Shown: positions 19,558-29,905 of the stretch, one piece after another
Position numbering within the stretch: the stretch's first letter is position 1
Layout of the letters: every line of letters begins with the position of its first letter
The notes under the pieces: model-generated
What the model was told of the DNA's origin: nothing
What the model saw: the letters and a program-made list of their open reading frames with translations, nothing else
Databases searched by the model: none
Position numbers and translations under genes: made by a program
DNA from: Polyangiales bacterium
Lineage (GTDB): Bacteria; Myxococcota_A; Polyangia; Polyangiales; Polyangiaceae
Length of the DNA: 64,000 nucleotides
Direction of reading: 5' to 3'
Assembly: GCA_038231275.1 (NCBI GenBank)
Contig: JBBRLQ010000009.1
Location: 186,199-250,198, forward strand

Positions 19558-21006
19558 ATGGCTCCGTTCTCACCTGCACGTCGCGACGCGCTGCGCCTCG
19601 GCGTGGGTGCGATCCTCGCGGCGTGCAGCGGTTCGCCGGTGGGGAACGACGAGGCGGCGTCGGCGCTTGGCCACCCTGGTTCGCCCGGACCGGGTGGTGC
19701 GAGCGATCCAACGTCGCCGGATGCGGCGTCGCGTCGCGCGCCGGTGCTCGTTCTGGGCGCTGGCATCAGCGGCCTTTCCGCGGCGCGTCGCCTCGAGGCG
19801 CGCGGCTTCACCGACGTGCGCGTGATCGAGGCGCGCGATCGCATCGGCGGGCGCATCCAGACGGACCGCTCGACGGGCGTGCCGTTCGACATGGGCGCCG
19901 CGTGGGTGCACTACGCAAGCGACAGAACGAACCCGCTCATGGCAATGGTGAAGGCGGCGGGGCTCGCGCCGAGGCCGACGAACTGGGATCGTTTCGACGC
20001 GTACGACGAGCTCACCGGGCGGGTGCCGTCGACCACGCTCGACGCGGCGACTTCCCGGATGGACGCGGCGTTGAAGAAGCTGCGCGCGAAGGTGCGGGCG
20101 CTCGAAGACCGGCACGTGGCGCTCGATCAGCTCCTCGGGCCGATCCTCGCGTCGAGCTTCTCGGGCGCACCCGACGAGCAGCGCATGCTCGGCCTGATGC
20201 GCGGCTACTACGTCGAGAACGAGTACGCGACGGAGCTCGCCGAGATCGGCGCGTACGACCTCGCCGATGCGCCGACGAAAGAGAACGATCAGCTCGTGGG
20301 TGGCTACGACGTCCTCCTCGAGTCGCTCGCGCAGGGGCTCCGCGTCCAGCTGTCGGAGCCCGTGACCCACGTGCGCGTGGCCGGTGGAGAGGTCACCGTC
20401 CAGACCACGCGCGCGTCGTACACGGCCGCGGCGGTCGTCGTGACGCTCCCGGTCGGCGTGCTGCGCGCGGGCGCGGTAAGGTTCGACCCGCCGCTCCCCG
20501 ACGCGAAGCGGCAGGCGCTCGCCGACATCGGCGTCGGCGACTTCGAGAAGGTCGTTCTCCTTTACGATCAGGCGTTCTGGGCGTCGGGCGCGCACGGCTT
20601 CGGCTTCGCGTCGGCGTCCGAAGACGTGGCCAAGCTCGTCCTCGACGCGCACGAGGTCGCGGGCGCGCCGGCGCTCGTCGCGATGATCACCGGCGCTGCT
20701 GCCGCGAGGGCCTCGGGGATGTCCGACGCGGATCTCGGCGCGCGGACGATCGCGCAGATCCAGGCGATGTTCGGGGCGCAAATTCCGGCACCCACGGCCG
20801 TCCTGCGGACGCGATGGCACGACGATCCGTTCGCGCGCGGCGCGTATACGTACCCGGGCGTCGCCGATCTTCCGCGCGCGATCGCCGCCCTCGCGGCCCC
20901 GATCGGTCGTCGCGTCTTCTTCGCCGGCGAGGCGACCGACCCGACGTGGTGGTCTTTCGCCCATGGCGCGTACCTCTCGGGCATTCGCGCCGCGAACGAG
21001 GTCTGA
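19558..21006 (+). CDS. Flavin monoamine/polyamine oxidase family, predicted Tat lipoprotein
   Basis: GAGISG, EARDRIGGR, DMGAAW, FEKV, GAYTY, FAGEAT, HGAYLSG; N-terminal RRDAL and lipobox LAAC. Confidence 0.9.
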   Translation: MAPFSPARRDALRLGVGAILAACSGSPVGNDEAASALGHPGSPGPGGASDPTSPDAASRRAPVLVLGAGISGLSAARRLEARGFTDVRVIEARDRIGGRIQTDRSTGVPFDMGAAWVHYASDRTNPLMAMVKAAGLAPRPTNWDRFDAYDELTGRVPSTTLDAATSRMDAALKKLRAKVRALEDRHVALDQLLGPILASSFSGAPDEQRMLGLMRGYYVENEYATELAEIGAYDLADAPTKENDQLVGGYDVLLESLAQGLRVQLSEPVTHVRVAGGEVTVQTTRASYTAAAVVVTLPVGVLRAGAVRFDPPLPDAKRQALADIGVGDFEKVVLLYDQAFWASGAHGFGFASASEDVAKLVLDAHEVAGAPALVAMITGAAAARASGMSDADLGARTIAQIQAMFGAQIPAPTAVLRTRWHDDPFARGAYTYPGVADLPRAIAALAAPIGRRVFFAGEATDPTWWSFAHGAYLSGIRAANEV

Positions 21007-21033
21007 AGCGAAACGCTCTTGACGGAAAGCGGC

Positions 21034-23919
21034 TCAGCCCTTCGCGCGCTTGCGCTCGTCGCGGGCGTCGGTCGCGCGCGCGAGGACGTCCTTGAGGTAG
21101 TGGCCGGTGTAGGAGCGGGCTTCGGCGGCGATCGTCTCGGGCGTCCCCACCGCGACGATCTCGCCGCCGCCGTCGCCGCCGTCCGGGCCGAGATCGATGA
21201 CCCAATCCGAGCACGCGACGACGTCGAGGTTGTGCTCGATGACGACGATCGTATTGCCCTGGTCGCGCAGATCGGTGAGCGCGGTGAGAAGCACCTCGAT
21301 GTCGGTGAAGTGAAGGCCGGTAGTCGGCTCGTCGAGCACGTAGAGGGTGCGCCCGGTGGCCTTGCGGGCGAGCTCGCGCGCCAGCTTCACGCGCTGCGCT
21401 TCTCCGCCGGACAACGTGGTCGCCGGCTGCCCGAGGGACAGGTATCCGAGGCCGACCTTGCGGAGCGCCTCGAGGCGATCGAACACGCGCGGGATGGCGT
21501 CGAAGAGCTCGATGGCCTGCTCCACCGTCACGTCGAGGGCGTCGGCGATGCTGAGGCCCTTGTACCTCACCTCGAGCGTCTCGCGGTTGTACCGCTTGCC
21601 GCTGCACGTGTCGCACGTGACGAAGATGTCCGGCAGGAAGTGCATCTCGACGCGCAGCACGCCGTCGCCCTGGCACGCCTCGCAGCGCCCGCCCTTCACG
21701 TTGAAGGAGAAGCGCCCGGCCTTGTAGCCGCGGGCGCGCGCGTCGGGGAGGCCCGCGTACAGCTCGCGCAGGAGGGCGAACACGCCGGTGTACGTCGCCG
21801 GGTTCGAGCGCGGCGTGCGGCCGATCGGTGCTTGATCGATCGATATGACTTTGTCGATGTGGTTCAGTCCGTTGACCGCGTCGCACTCGCCGATCGGCGC
21901 GGTGGCGGAGTAGAGCTTGGAGCGCGCCGCGGGGAGTAGCGTGTCGACGATCAGGCTTGATTTTCCGCTCCCGGAGACGCCGGTGATCGACGTCATGAGC
22001 CCGACGGGAATCTCCGCCGTCACGTTCTTGAGGTTGTGCGCGCGCGCGCCGACGACGCTGACCGTGGGCTTGCCGCGCGCCTTCCGCTTCGTAGGCACCG
22101 GTAGCTGCTTCTTGCCGCTGAGCCACGGCCCGGTGATCGATGCCGGATTCTTCATCAGCTCGGCGGCGGTACCCTCGGCGACGATCGTCCCGCCGTGCAT
22201 GCCGGCGCCGGGCCCCATGTCGACGACGTGGTCGGCGGCGAAGATGGCCTCGCGATCGTGCTCGACGACGAAGACGGTGTTGCCGAGATCGCGGAGCCGC
22301 GTCTGCGCTTCGATGAGGCGCGCGTTGTCGCGGGCGTGGAGGCCGACGCTCGGCTCGTCGAGGACGTAGAGGACGCCGACGAGCGCGGCGCCGATCTGCG
22401 TGGCGAGTCGGATGCGCTGCCCCTCGCCCGACGAGAGGGTCTGCGCGCTGCGATCGAGGGCGAGGTAGTAGAGGCCGACGTCGATGAGGAAACCCAGTCG
22501 CGCGGCGACGGCGCGGAGGAGCGGCTCGGCGATCGCGTGCTCGCGCGCGCCGAACTGGGCCTCGGTGCCGAGCGTTGCGACGAACTCGCGCAAGCGCCGG
22601 AGCGGAAGCGCGCCGAGCTCGCTGATATCGCGCCCGCCGAGCTTCACGGCGAGCGCCTCGGGCCGCAGGCGCCGTCCCTTGCACGCGTCGCACGTCCGCG
22701 TCACGCAGAAGCGGCCGAGCTCGTCGTCGCCGATGCCGCCTTCGTCGACGTCGGGATCGTCGTCGCCGCCGCCCTGCTCGGGGCCCTCCTGTCGGAGGCG
22801 CTGCTCGAGGCGAGGGACGATGCCTTCGTACGACTTCTTGCGGCCGGTGCCGCGCTTTGCGCGCGTGTCGCCGTTGCCGAACAGGAGCTGCGTGCGCTGC
22901 TCGTCGGGGAGCTTGTTCCAGACCACGTCGGGGCTGACACCGAGCGCCTCCACGGCGCGTGAGAGCTCCGTCGCGAGCGCCACCGAGCCGCGTCGCCCCC
23001 ACGCGAAGAGCGCGCCTTCACGAAGCGTCCGTCCACCGTCGCCGACGCATCGTTCGGGATCGACCACTGTGCGCGCGCCGAGGCCGTCGCAGGAGGGGCA
23101 CGCGCCGTGCGGCCCGTTGAACGAGAACATGCGCGGCTCGATCGGTGGCAGCGAGATGCCACAGTCGACGCACGCGAAGCGCTCGCTGAGCCAGAACGGC
23201 TCCTCGCCCTCGACATGCGCGAGCATGCGCCCCTCGCCGATCTTCAGCGCGAGCTCGACCGAGTCGGTGAGCCGCCCCTTCAAGCCCTCCTTCAAGACGA
23301 GGCGATCCACGATGACGTCGAGATCGTGCAGCTTGCTCCGGTCGAGCTCGATCTCGTCGCCGAGGTCGATCACCGAGCCATCGACGCGCGCGCGCACGAA
23401 GCCGTCGCGGCGGAGGCGCTCGAGCTCGAGCTTCAGCTCACCTTTGCGCGCGCGGCAGATGGGCGCAAGCACGCTCATCTTCGAGCCCTCGGGGAGGGCG
23501 AGGATGCGATCGGTGATCTGCTGAACGGTCTGCGCCTCGATGCGCTTGCCGCAGCTCGGGCAGTGCGGGACGCCAACGCGCGCGAACAGAAGACGCAGGT
23601 AGTCGGCGATCTCGGTGACGGTGCCGACGGTCGAGCGCGGCGACTTCGACAACGGGCGCTGCTCGATCGCGATCGCGGGCGATAGGCCGTCGATCCGCTC
23701 GACGTCGGGCTTGGCGAGCTGCTCCAAGAACTGCCGCGCGTACGCGGACAGCGACTCGACGTAGCGGCGCTGCCCCTCGGCGTAGATCGTGTCGAAGGCG
23801 AGGCTGGACTTACCGGAGCCGCTCGGCCCCGTGAATACGACGAGCTTCCCCCGCGGCAGCGAGATGCTCACGTTCTTCAGATTGTGCTGCCGCGCGCCGA
23901 CGACGACGAGCCGGTCCAT
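21034..23919 (-). CDS. uvrA: Excinuclease ABC subunit A
   Basis: GARQHNLKN, two Walker A motifs GSGKSS, zinc fingers, [30 protein letters not shown]. Confidence 0.98.
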   Translation of the reverse strand: MDRLVVVGARQHNLKNVSISLPRGKLVVFTGPSGSGKSSLAFDTIYAEGQRRYVESLSAYARQFLEQLAKPDVERIDGLSPAIAIEQRPLSKSPRSTVGTVTEIADYLRLLFARVGVPHCPSCGKRIEAQTVQQITDRILALPEGSKMSVLAPICRARKGELKLELERLRRDGFVRARVDGSVIDLGDEIELDRSKLHDLDVIVDRLVLKEGLKGRLTDSVELALKIGEGRMLAHVEGEEPFWLSERFACVDCGISLPPIEPRMFSFNGPHGACPSCDGLGARTVVDPERCVGDGGRTLREGALFAWGRRGSVALATELSRAVEALGVSPDVVWNKLPDEQRTQLLFGNGDTRAKRGTGRKKSYEGIVPRLEQRLRQEGPEQGGGDDDPDVDEGGIGDDELGRFCVTRTCDACKGRRLRPEALAVKLGGRDISELGALPLRRLREFVATLGTEAQFGAREHAIAEPLLRAVAARLGFLIDVGLYYLALDRSAQTLSSGEGQRIRLATQIGAALVGVLYVLDEPSVGLHARDNARLIEAQTRLRDLGNTVFVVEHDREAIFAADHVVDMGPGAGMHGGTIVAEGTAAELMKNPASITGPWLSGKKQLPVPTKRKARGKPTVSVVGARAHNLKNVTAEIPVGLMTSITGVSGSGKSSLIVDTLLPAARSKLYSATAPIGECDAVNGLNHIDKVISIDQAPIGRTPRSNPATYTGVFALLRELYAGLPDARARGYKAGRFSFNVKGGRCEACQGDGVLRVEMHFLPDIFVTCDTCSGKRYNRETLEVRYKGLSIADALDVTVEQAIELFDAIPRVFDRLEALRKVGLGYLSLGQPATTLSGGEAQRVKLARELARKATGRTLYVLDEPTTGLHFTDIEVLLTALTDLRDQGNTIVVIEHNLDVVACSDWVIDLGPDGGDGGGEIVAVGTPETIAAEARSYTGHYLKDVLARATDARDERKRAKG

Positions 23920-23940
23920 GGATAGCCGGGCTTAGCACGG

Positions 23941-25164
23941 TCAAGAGGCCCCGGCGAGCGCGCCCTCCAGATCGCGCCACAGGTCTTCCGCGGCCTCGAT
24001 CCCTACGCTCAGGCGCAACAGGCCGTCGGTGACGTCCGCGAGCATGCGCGCCTCCTTCGACATGGTCGAGTGGGTGGTCGACGCGGGGTGCACGAGGAGG
24101 GTCCGGACATCCCCGAGGCTGACGGCGTGGGTCGCGACGCGCACCCCCTCGAGAACACGCTTGCCACGATCGAGCGCCGCGTCGCCGCCGAGATCGAACG
24201 AGACGAGCGACCCAAACGCGTGCATCTGCGCGCGCGCGCGGACGTGCCCTTCGTGGCCTTCGAGCGACGGGTGGTACACGCGCGCGATCTTCGGGTGCGC
24301 GACGAGGCGCGACGCGAGCGTGGCGGCGGTCGCGCACGCCTGCTGCTGGCGGAGCGCGAACGTGCGGAGACCGCGGTCGACGAGGAACGCGTTGAACGGC
24401 GCGAGCACGCCGCCGAAGCCCTTCACGACGAGGTCACGCGCGACGTCCACGAGCTCCCTGCGCCCCGCGAGCGCGCCGCCGATCGCGTCGCCGTGTCCGC
24501 CCAGCGCCTTCGTCATCGAGTGCACGACCAGATCGACGCCGAGCGCGAGCGGCGTCTGCGCGAACGGCGTCGCGAAGGTGTTGTCGGCGATCGTGAAGAG
24601 GCCGTGCTCCTTCGCGAGCGCCACGATCGCCCCGACGTCGGTGACCGCCAGCACCGGGTTCGACGGCGTCTCGAGGTAGAGCACGCGCGTCTCTTTGCGG
24701 ATCGCCGCGGCGGTCGCGACGAGATCGCGCGCGTCGACGAAGGTGGTCGTCACACCAAACCGCGGCAAGCGCTCGCGAAGGAGCCGCGCGCTCTCGGCGT
24801 ACATGGATCGCGGCGCGACGACATGATCGCCGCTCTGGCAGATCGACATGAGCGCGCCGCTGATCGCCGCCATCCCGCTCGCGGTGACCGCCGCCGCCTC
24901 CGCCCCCTCGAGCGCGGCGATCTTCTTCTCGAGCGCGTCGATGTTGGGGTTGCCCCACCGCCCGTAAATGTACGCGTCGTTCTCGCGCCGGAACGCGCCC
25001 GCCGCCTCGTCGGCGCTCTCGAACCCGAACGCCGACGAGAGCGTGATCGGCAAATCGAGCGCGCCGTGACGCGCGAGGTCCTCGCCGGCGTGGACGCACG
25101 TGGTCGCGAGCTGGGCGGCGCGCGCGGCGAGGACAGCCGCGTAGGGAGAGTGGGGGTCGATCAT
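23941..25164 (-). CDS. PLP-dependent trans-sulfuration enzyme (methionine gamma-lyase / O-acylhomoserine sulfhydrylase family)
   Basis: YGRWGNP, SGMAAI, ETPSNP, DNTFATP, HSMTK (PLP Lys), SLG..HPASTTH, RLSVGIE; ATG 25164. Confidence 0.9.
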   Translation of the reverse strand: MIDPHSPYAAVLAARAAQLATTCVHAGEDLARHGALDLPITLSSAFGFESADEAAGAFRRENDAYIYGRWGNPNIDALEKKIAALEGAEAAAVTASGMAAISGALMSICQSGDHVVAPRSMYAESARLLRERLPRFGVTTTFVDARDLVATAAAIRKETRVLYLETPSNPVLAVTDVGAIVALAKEHGLFTIADNTFATPFAQTPLALGVDLVVHSMTKALGGHGDAIGGALAGRRELVDVARDLVVKGFGGVLAPFNAFLVDRGLRTFALRQQQACATAATLASRLVAHPKIARVYHPSLEGHEGHVRARAQMHAFGSLVSFDLGGDAALDRGKRVLEGVRVATHAVSLGDVRTLLVHPASTTHSTMSKEARMLADVTDGLLRLSVGIEAAEDLWRDLEGALAGAS

Positions 25165-25246
25165 CGCCGCGAAGTATGGGGGACGTCGCCGCCCGCGAAA
25201 AGTGCGGGTTTGCACCGAGGTCGGGCAGAGGCTACATCCCCAGGCG

Positions 25247-26383
25247 ATGCGCGCTCGCGTCCTCTTCTTCTTCTGTGGGGCCACCCTCTCGCTGGCGACG
25301 ATCGTCGCCTGTTTCCCCGAGTTTCAGGTCTCGGGGTCGAGCGGCGGCCCCTCCGACGGCGCCGCCGGTCAAGACGGGACGCTCCCGGGTCAGGACGGAA
25401 GCAGCGGATCGAGCGGAAGCAGCGGCACCAGCGGATCGAGCGGAAGCAGCGGATCGAGCGGAAGCAGCGGCACCAGCGGAAGCAGCGGATCCAGCGGCGG
25501 CACCGACGGTGGCGGCGACGGATCCTCGGGCAACGTCGGCGGCATGATCCTCATCCCCCAGACCGGCCCCGGCGGCTTCGCGTACCACCAGGGCAGCTCC
25601 TCCTCCCAGGTGACCATCAGCCACGATTTCTACCTCGACGCGAAGGAGGCCACCGTCGCCCGCTTCAAAGACTGGGTGAACGCGGCAATGCCGCTGCCGT
25701 GCGAGAGCGGCAACGAGTGCTCGCTCGATCCCGGCGGCCCGCACCAGTACGAGATGCGCTGGCAGACGTCGTGGAACCTGAAGGCGCGCTCGGACAACTA
25801 CAAGAACGTCAACTGCACCAAGACCGACAACGCGTTCAACGGCGCGCCCACCTACAACGGCGCCGCGGGCGACGTGCCGATCAACTGCATCAACTGGTAC
25901 ACCGCGATGGCGTTCTGCTGGTTCGACGGCCAGAGGCGCGTCGCGACGCAGATCGAGTGGCAGTGGGCGGCGACGGGCCGCGGACGCGGGCGCACGTACC
26001 CCTGGGGCGATACTCCGGCGCCCAACGACTGCACCCTCGCGGTGTGGAAGGGGGCCGACGGTGGCGCGCTCAACAACTACAACGGCTGCGGCTTCCCGCT
26101 CGCGGGCGGCAGCGCGCCGGCCGGTGCGTCGTTCGACGGCGTGCTCGACATGGCGGGCAGCCTCTACGAGTGGACGTGGGACGACGACTGGAACACGCTC
26201 CCGTCGCAGCTCCCCACCGACTACAGCGGCAACTCGATCGACGGCGGCATCTTCTCGCGCATCAGCCGCGGCGGCGGGTACACCTCGAACGCGGTCGACG
26301 TGACGACGCAGACGCAGAACAACTACTCCGTCGACTCGTACGTCGCCGACATCGGCGTGCGCTGCGCGAAGACGAAGCTCTGA
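25247..26383 (+). CDS. FGE-sulfatase (SUMF1/PvdO) domain lipoprotein
   Basis: Lipobox IVAC; Ser/Gly linker; PINCINW, EWQWAA, YPWG, DMAGSLYEW, RGG, IGVRCAK. Confidence 0.85.
   Translation: MRARVLFFFCGATLSLATIVACFPEFQVSGSSGGPSDGAAGQDGTLPGQDGSSGSSGSSGTSGSSGSSGSSGSSGTSGSSGSSGGTDGGGDGSSGNVGGMILIPQTGPGGFAYHQGSSSSQVTISHDFYLDAKEATVARFKDWVNAAMPLPCESGNECSLDPGGPHQYEMRWQTSWNLKARSDNYKNVNCTKTDNAFNGAPTYNGAAGDVPINCINWYTAMAFCWFDGQRRVATQIEWQWAATGRGRGRTYPWGDTPAPNDCTLAVWKGADGGALNNYNGCGFPLAGGSAPAGASFDGVLDMAGSLYEWTWDDDWNTLPSQLPTDYSGNSIDGGIFSRISRGGGYTSNAVDVTTQTQNNYSVDSYVADIGVRCAKTKL
25399..25500 (+). repeat. Coding 9-nt tandem repeat (SSG/TSG linker)
   Basis: Repeated AGCAGCGGA / TCGAGCGGA / ACCAGCGGA units. Confidence 0.8.
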
Positions 26384-26401
26384 TGGTCTAGCTCTGACGC
26401 T

Positions 26402-27394
26402 CTAGAAGGTGCCGACGAGCCCGGCGCCTCGTCCGACGGGCGCGATGCGCACTTGCGCGGCGGTCTTGTCCTTCCCGCCGATCACGAGGAGGCCGACGCC
26501 GGCGCCGGCCGACAGGACACCGAGCCCGAAGAGGCCGATGCCGAGCGCCGTGTACGTCTTGCCGTTCGCGATGTCGTCCGACGCGGCGGGCGGGCAGCTC
26601 TTTCCGTCGGCTCCGCACGCGGCGTCGAGCTTCGAGATCTCGTTGCCGCGCAGCACGAACATCACGACGCCGCCCGCGACCGCCGCGCCGCCGACACCGA
26701 CGAGCACCCAGCCGAGGGTCGCGTTGGGATTTCCGGACGCGCGAGGTGTCGTGTCCTTGATCGACTCGGTCTGCCTCGGCGTCTGCGCGTCGGCGACCGG
26801 AGCAGGCGCGGGCGCGGCGTCGTCGAGGTCCGGGACGCTGAGCTTGGCCGTGGTGCCGGCGCCGGCGACCTCGACCTTCGCCTTCCATGCGCGCTTGCCG
26901 GGCGCGCTTGCGACCACGGCGTGCTCTCCCGGATCGACGGGAACTGCCTCTCCCCACTGCGCCTGCCCGACGAGCTCGCCGTCCCGTTTCACTTCGAGCC
27001 CCGCCGGCCGCCCTTCGACGGGCACGACGATCGCGAGGCGCGAAAGCTTCGGCTCGAGCGCCGCCGCACGATCCCGCGCGGCCTTCTCGCGATCCTTCTG
27101 GCCCGCCATTTTCGTCTGCGTCGCCGCGCTCACGAAGTGCGCCCACGCGCTCGCCGTTCTCCCGGTGTGCTCGTAGCAATCGCCGAGGTTGAACTTGGTC
27201 CCGGCGGTCGCCGAAAGACGCAAGCTCTCCTCGAGCTTCGGGCACGCCTTGTCCCATTTCCCGTCGGCGATGAGCTTCTTCGCGTCGTCGAAGAGCTGCT
27301 GCGCGACCGCATCGTCGGCCGCGCGCGCGTCGCTTCCCGCGAGCAGAGCCCCGGCGAGGGCGAGCGGCATGAGGGTTCGTCGGCGGAGGTTCAT
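26402..27394 (-). CDS. Secreted TPR + PEGA-like protein
   Basis: Signal peptide; ACPKLEESLRL..FNLGDCYE TPR; VPVDPGEHAVVASAPG PEGA-like; C-terminal GLVGTF; ATGA overlap with the kinase gene. Confidence 0.8.
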   Translation of the reverse strand: MNLRRRTLMPLALAGALLAGSDARAADDAVAQQLFDDAKKLIADGKWDKACPKLEESLRLSATAGTKFNLGDCYEHTGRTASAWAHFVSAATQTKMAGQKDREKAARDRAAALEPKLSRLAIVVPVEGRPAGLEVKRDGELVGQAQWGEAVPVDPGEHAVVASAPGKRAWKAKVEVAGAGTTAKLSVPDLDDAAPAPAPVADAQTPRQTESIKDTTPRASGNPNATLGWVLVGVGGAAVAGGVVMFVLRGNEISKLDAACGADGKSCPPAASDDIANGKTYTALGIGLFGLGVLSAGAGVGLLVIGGKDKTAAQVRIAPVGRGAGLVGTF

Positions 27395-28842
27395 TCGCGA
27401 TCGTCGAAGAGGCCTTGAGGCTTGGTGGGCGGTGTCACGGTAGACGAGGGCGAGACGGGGGGCTTCCCCGGCGAAGGCTTCGCCGCGGGAGGCTTCGCGG
27501 ACGAGGCAGATTTGGTCGCGGGCGTCGGCGTCGCCGCGGCGCCAGCGATCGCCGTCGAGTTTGCGGTCGCCGTCGCGGTCGTGGTCGTGGTCGCGGTCGC
27601 GGTCGCGGTCGTGGTCGTGGTCGCGATCGTCGTCTCCGGAAGAGGCGCGGCAGGCTGGATGGTCCCTTGTTTCACATGCGGTCGCGCGAGCCCCACCCCG
27701 AGCGCCGCAGCGAGCAGCGCCGAAGCGACGACGACGCCCCCTCCGATCAGCCGCCAATTCCGCGGTTTCGGAGCGTCCGGCTTGGTATCGACCCACGCGC
27801 TCGCGGTGCGCGTCGGGCCCGACGACGACGGTGACAGCGCGCGATGACGCGGCGGATCGGAGCGCAGCGTAGGCGCGGTCGCGACGGCGTACGTCGACGG
27901 GCTGACCATCACGCGCCGCACGCGCGTCGCCGCGAGCTGCGCATCTCCCGACGCGAACGGCGCCAGCGCTTCGGCGAGCGCGGCCACGTCCGGGTACCGA
28001 TCCTCGCGCGCCTTCGCCAGGCACCTCGAGATGACCGCTTCGAGCGCTTCGGGCGCGTCCGCGCGCGCGGACCTCAGCGTCGGCGGCGCGTCGCGGATGA
28101 TCTTCGCGGCGACGTCGGCCGTCGTCTCCGCGTAGTACGGCGGCGCGCCGGTGAGGAGCGCGTAGAGGATCGTACCGAGCGCCCAGATGTCCGCGCGCCC
28201 GTCGACGTCCTTCGTCGAGCGGAGCTGCTCGGGGGACATGTAGCAAGGCGTCCCCATGATCGTCGCGGTCGTCGTGACGTCGTTCCTGCCGTCGTCCTGG
28301 ATCTTGGAGATGCCGAAGTCCAGCACCTTCACCTTCGGCATCCCGTCGGCGCCGCGCACCACGAAGAGGTTCGCCGGCTTCAGATCGCGGTGCACGATCC
28401 CGAGCGCGTGCGCCGCCGCGAGCGCTTCGCACGCCTGGATCACGTAGGAGACCGCATCGGCGACCGGCATCGGCCCTTCGATCTCGACGAGCTGCGCGAG
28501 GTCGTGGCCGTGCAAGTACTCCATGACGATGTACGGCGTGCCGCTCTCGAGGCGCGCGACGTCGAGGACGCGCACGACGCCCTCGCTCTTGATCTTGATC
28601 GCCGCGCGCGCCTCGCGAAGAAAACGAGAGACCGCGTCGGGGCTCGGCACCGCGCTCGGCAAGAGGAACTTGATCGCGACCTTCTCCTCGAGCTCGAGGT
28701 GCGTCGCCGCGAGGACCACGCCCATGCCGCCGACGCCGAGCACGCGCTCCAGGCGATACTTTCCCGCGAGCACCTCGCCGGGGCGCGGCACCCCGTGCGG
28801 GAGGGCCTCCGGGAGCGAGGCAGGGTGGGTCGGGATCGTCAT
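27391..28842 (-). CDS. Membrane-anchored Hanks-type Ser/Thr protein kinase
   Basis: GVGGMG, VAIK, HRDLKPAN, DFG, GTPCYMSPE, DIWALG; one TM helix; Thr/Ala-rich tail. Confidence 0.95.
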   Translation of the reverse strand: MTIPTHPASLPEALPHGVPRPGEVLAGKYRLERVLGVGGMGVVLAATHLELEEKVAIKFLLPSAVPSPDAVSRFLREARAAIKIKSEGVVRVLDVARLESGTPYIVMEYLHGHDLAQLVEIEGPMPVADAVSYVIQACEALAAAHALGIVHRDLKPANLFVVRGADGMPKVKVLDFGISKIQDDGRNDVTTTATIMGTPCYMSPEQLRSTKDVDGRADIWALGTILYALLTGAPPYYAETTADVAAKIIRDAPPTLRSARADAPEALEAVISRCLAKAREDRYPDVAALAEALAPFASGDAQLAATRVRRVMVSPSTYAVATAPTLRSDPPRHRALSPSSSGPTRTASAWVDTKPDAPKPRNWRLIGGGVVVASALLAAALGVGLARPHVKQGTIQPAAPLPETTIATTTTTATATATTTTTATATANSTAIAGAAATPTPATKSASSAKPPAAKPSPGKPPVSPSSTVTPPTKPQGLFDDRE

Positions 28843-28927
28843 GGAAGGTGCGGCGAATGCTTAGACGGGGCTCGGCGTGAAACCGTTTACGCGGGGCCCC
28901 AAACGTGTGTGTAAACATGCCACAAAT

Positions 28928-29845
28928 TCAACGCTCGCGCCTCCCCACTCCGGCGAGCGTCACCACGAGGCCGCCGGCGATGACGAGCGCCATCCCCAGG
29001 AGCGCGTCGGCGCCCGGTTTTTCCCCGAGGAAAATCGCCCCGAGCGCCGCGCTGACGACGACCGCGAGGTAGCCCATGCCGCTGATCCGCGCAGCCCGCT
29101 CGAGGGCGTACGCCCGGGTCATGCTCAGCTGGGCGAGGCCTGCCGAGAGCCCCGCCGCCAGCATCGCGCCCGCGTCGTGCGCGTCGGGGACGTGAAAGTG
29201 CGGAATGGACAGCAGCAAACAGACCGTCGCGGCGACGAGCGAGAAGTGGAGCGAGATCGCCTCGGGCCCCTCGGTGGGGCTGATCTTGCGGAGAAGGATC
29301 ATCGCGTTCGCGGAGAACATCGCGGCGAGCAAGGCAATGCCCGCGGTGACGAGCATCGCCGGAGTTCGAGGCGCGCCTCCGCCGAAGACGAACGACGGTT
29401 GCAAGATGAGGACGACCCCCGCGACGCTCAAGGGCAGCGCGATCGCGACGCGCTTGCCGGCGCGCTCGTCGAGGAAGAAGGGCGACAGCAGCGCGATGAA
29501 GACGGGCGAGAGGTTCACGAGCGTCGTCGTGTCGCCGAGGCCGAGCGCCGGCGAGCCGAGCGCGTAGAACGTGCAGAGCAGCGCCGCCGTGCCGAAGATG
29601 CTGCGGAGCCAAATGCCCCGACGGTTCTTCACGACGAGCGGCGCCATACGCGCCCGCCCCACGCCGTACGCCACCATCGCCCCGATCGCGGCGCGCGTGC
29701 CCGCGACGATCGTCCAGTGCGTGTGGGCGCTCCCCACCCGGGCGAAGAAGCCCATCGTCGCGAAGAGCACGGCGCTCACCGCCATCCAACTGAACCCTGC
29801 GAGGCTCGACCCTTTGCCGGACGGCGGATCCGAATGGACCCTCAA
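28928..29845 (-). CDS. DMT/EamA-family transporter (start uncertain, alternative ATG 29785)
   Basis: About 10 TM helices; LSPVFIALLSPFFLDER and AIFLGEKP repeats. Confidence 0.85.
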   Translation of the reverse strand: MRVHSDPPSGKGSSLAGFSWMAVSAVLFATMGFFARVGSAHTHWTIVAGTRAAIGAMVAYGVGRARMAPLVVKNRRGIWLRSIFGTAALLCTFYALGSPALGLGDTTTLVNLSPVFIALLSPFFLDERAGKRVAIALPLSVAGVVLILQPSFVFGGGAPRTPAMLVTAGIALLAAMFSANAMILLRKISPTEGPEAISLHFSLVAATVCLLLSIPHFHVPDAHDAGAMLAAGLSAGLAQLSMTRAYALERAARISGMGYLAVVVSAALGAIFLGEKPGADALLGMALVIAGGLVVTLAGVGRRER

Positions 29846-29905
29846 GAGGACGGCACGATACCACAGCGACTCCGATCCGACGGGCGCGTGGTAACTTGAA
29901 GAGGC

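Noticed and set aside
27561-27630. (GCGGTC/GTGGTC)n hexamer tract as a phase-variation locus
   Set aside because: In-frame repeats encoding a Thr/Ala linker; length changes would not shift the frame.
28843-28927. GTTTAC..GTAAAC inverted repeat and a TGGCA sigma54-like box upstream of the kinase
   Set aside because: Only 6-bp arms and no -12 element at the correct spacing; too weak to call.
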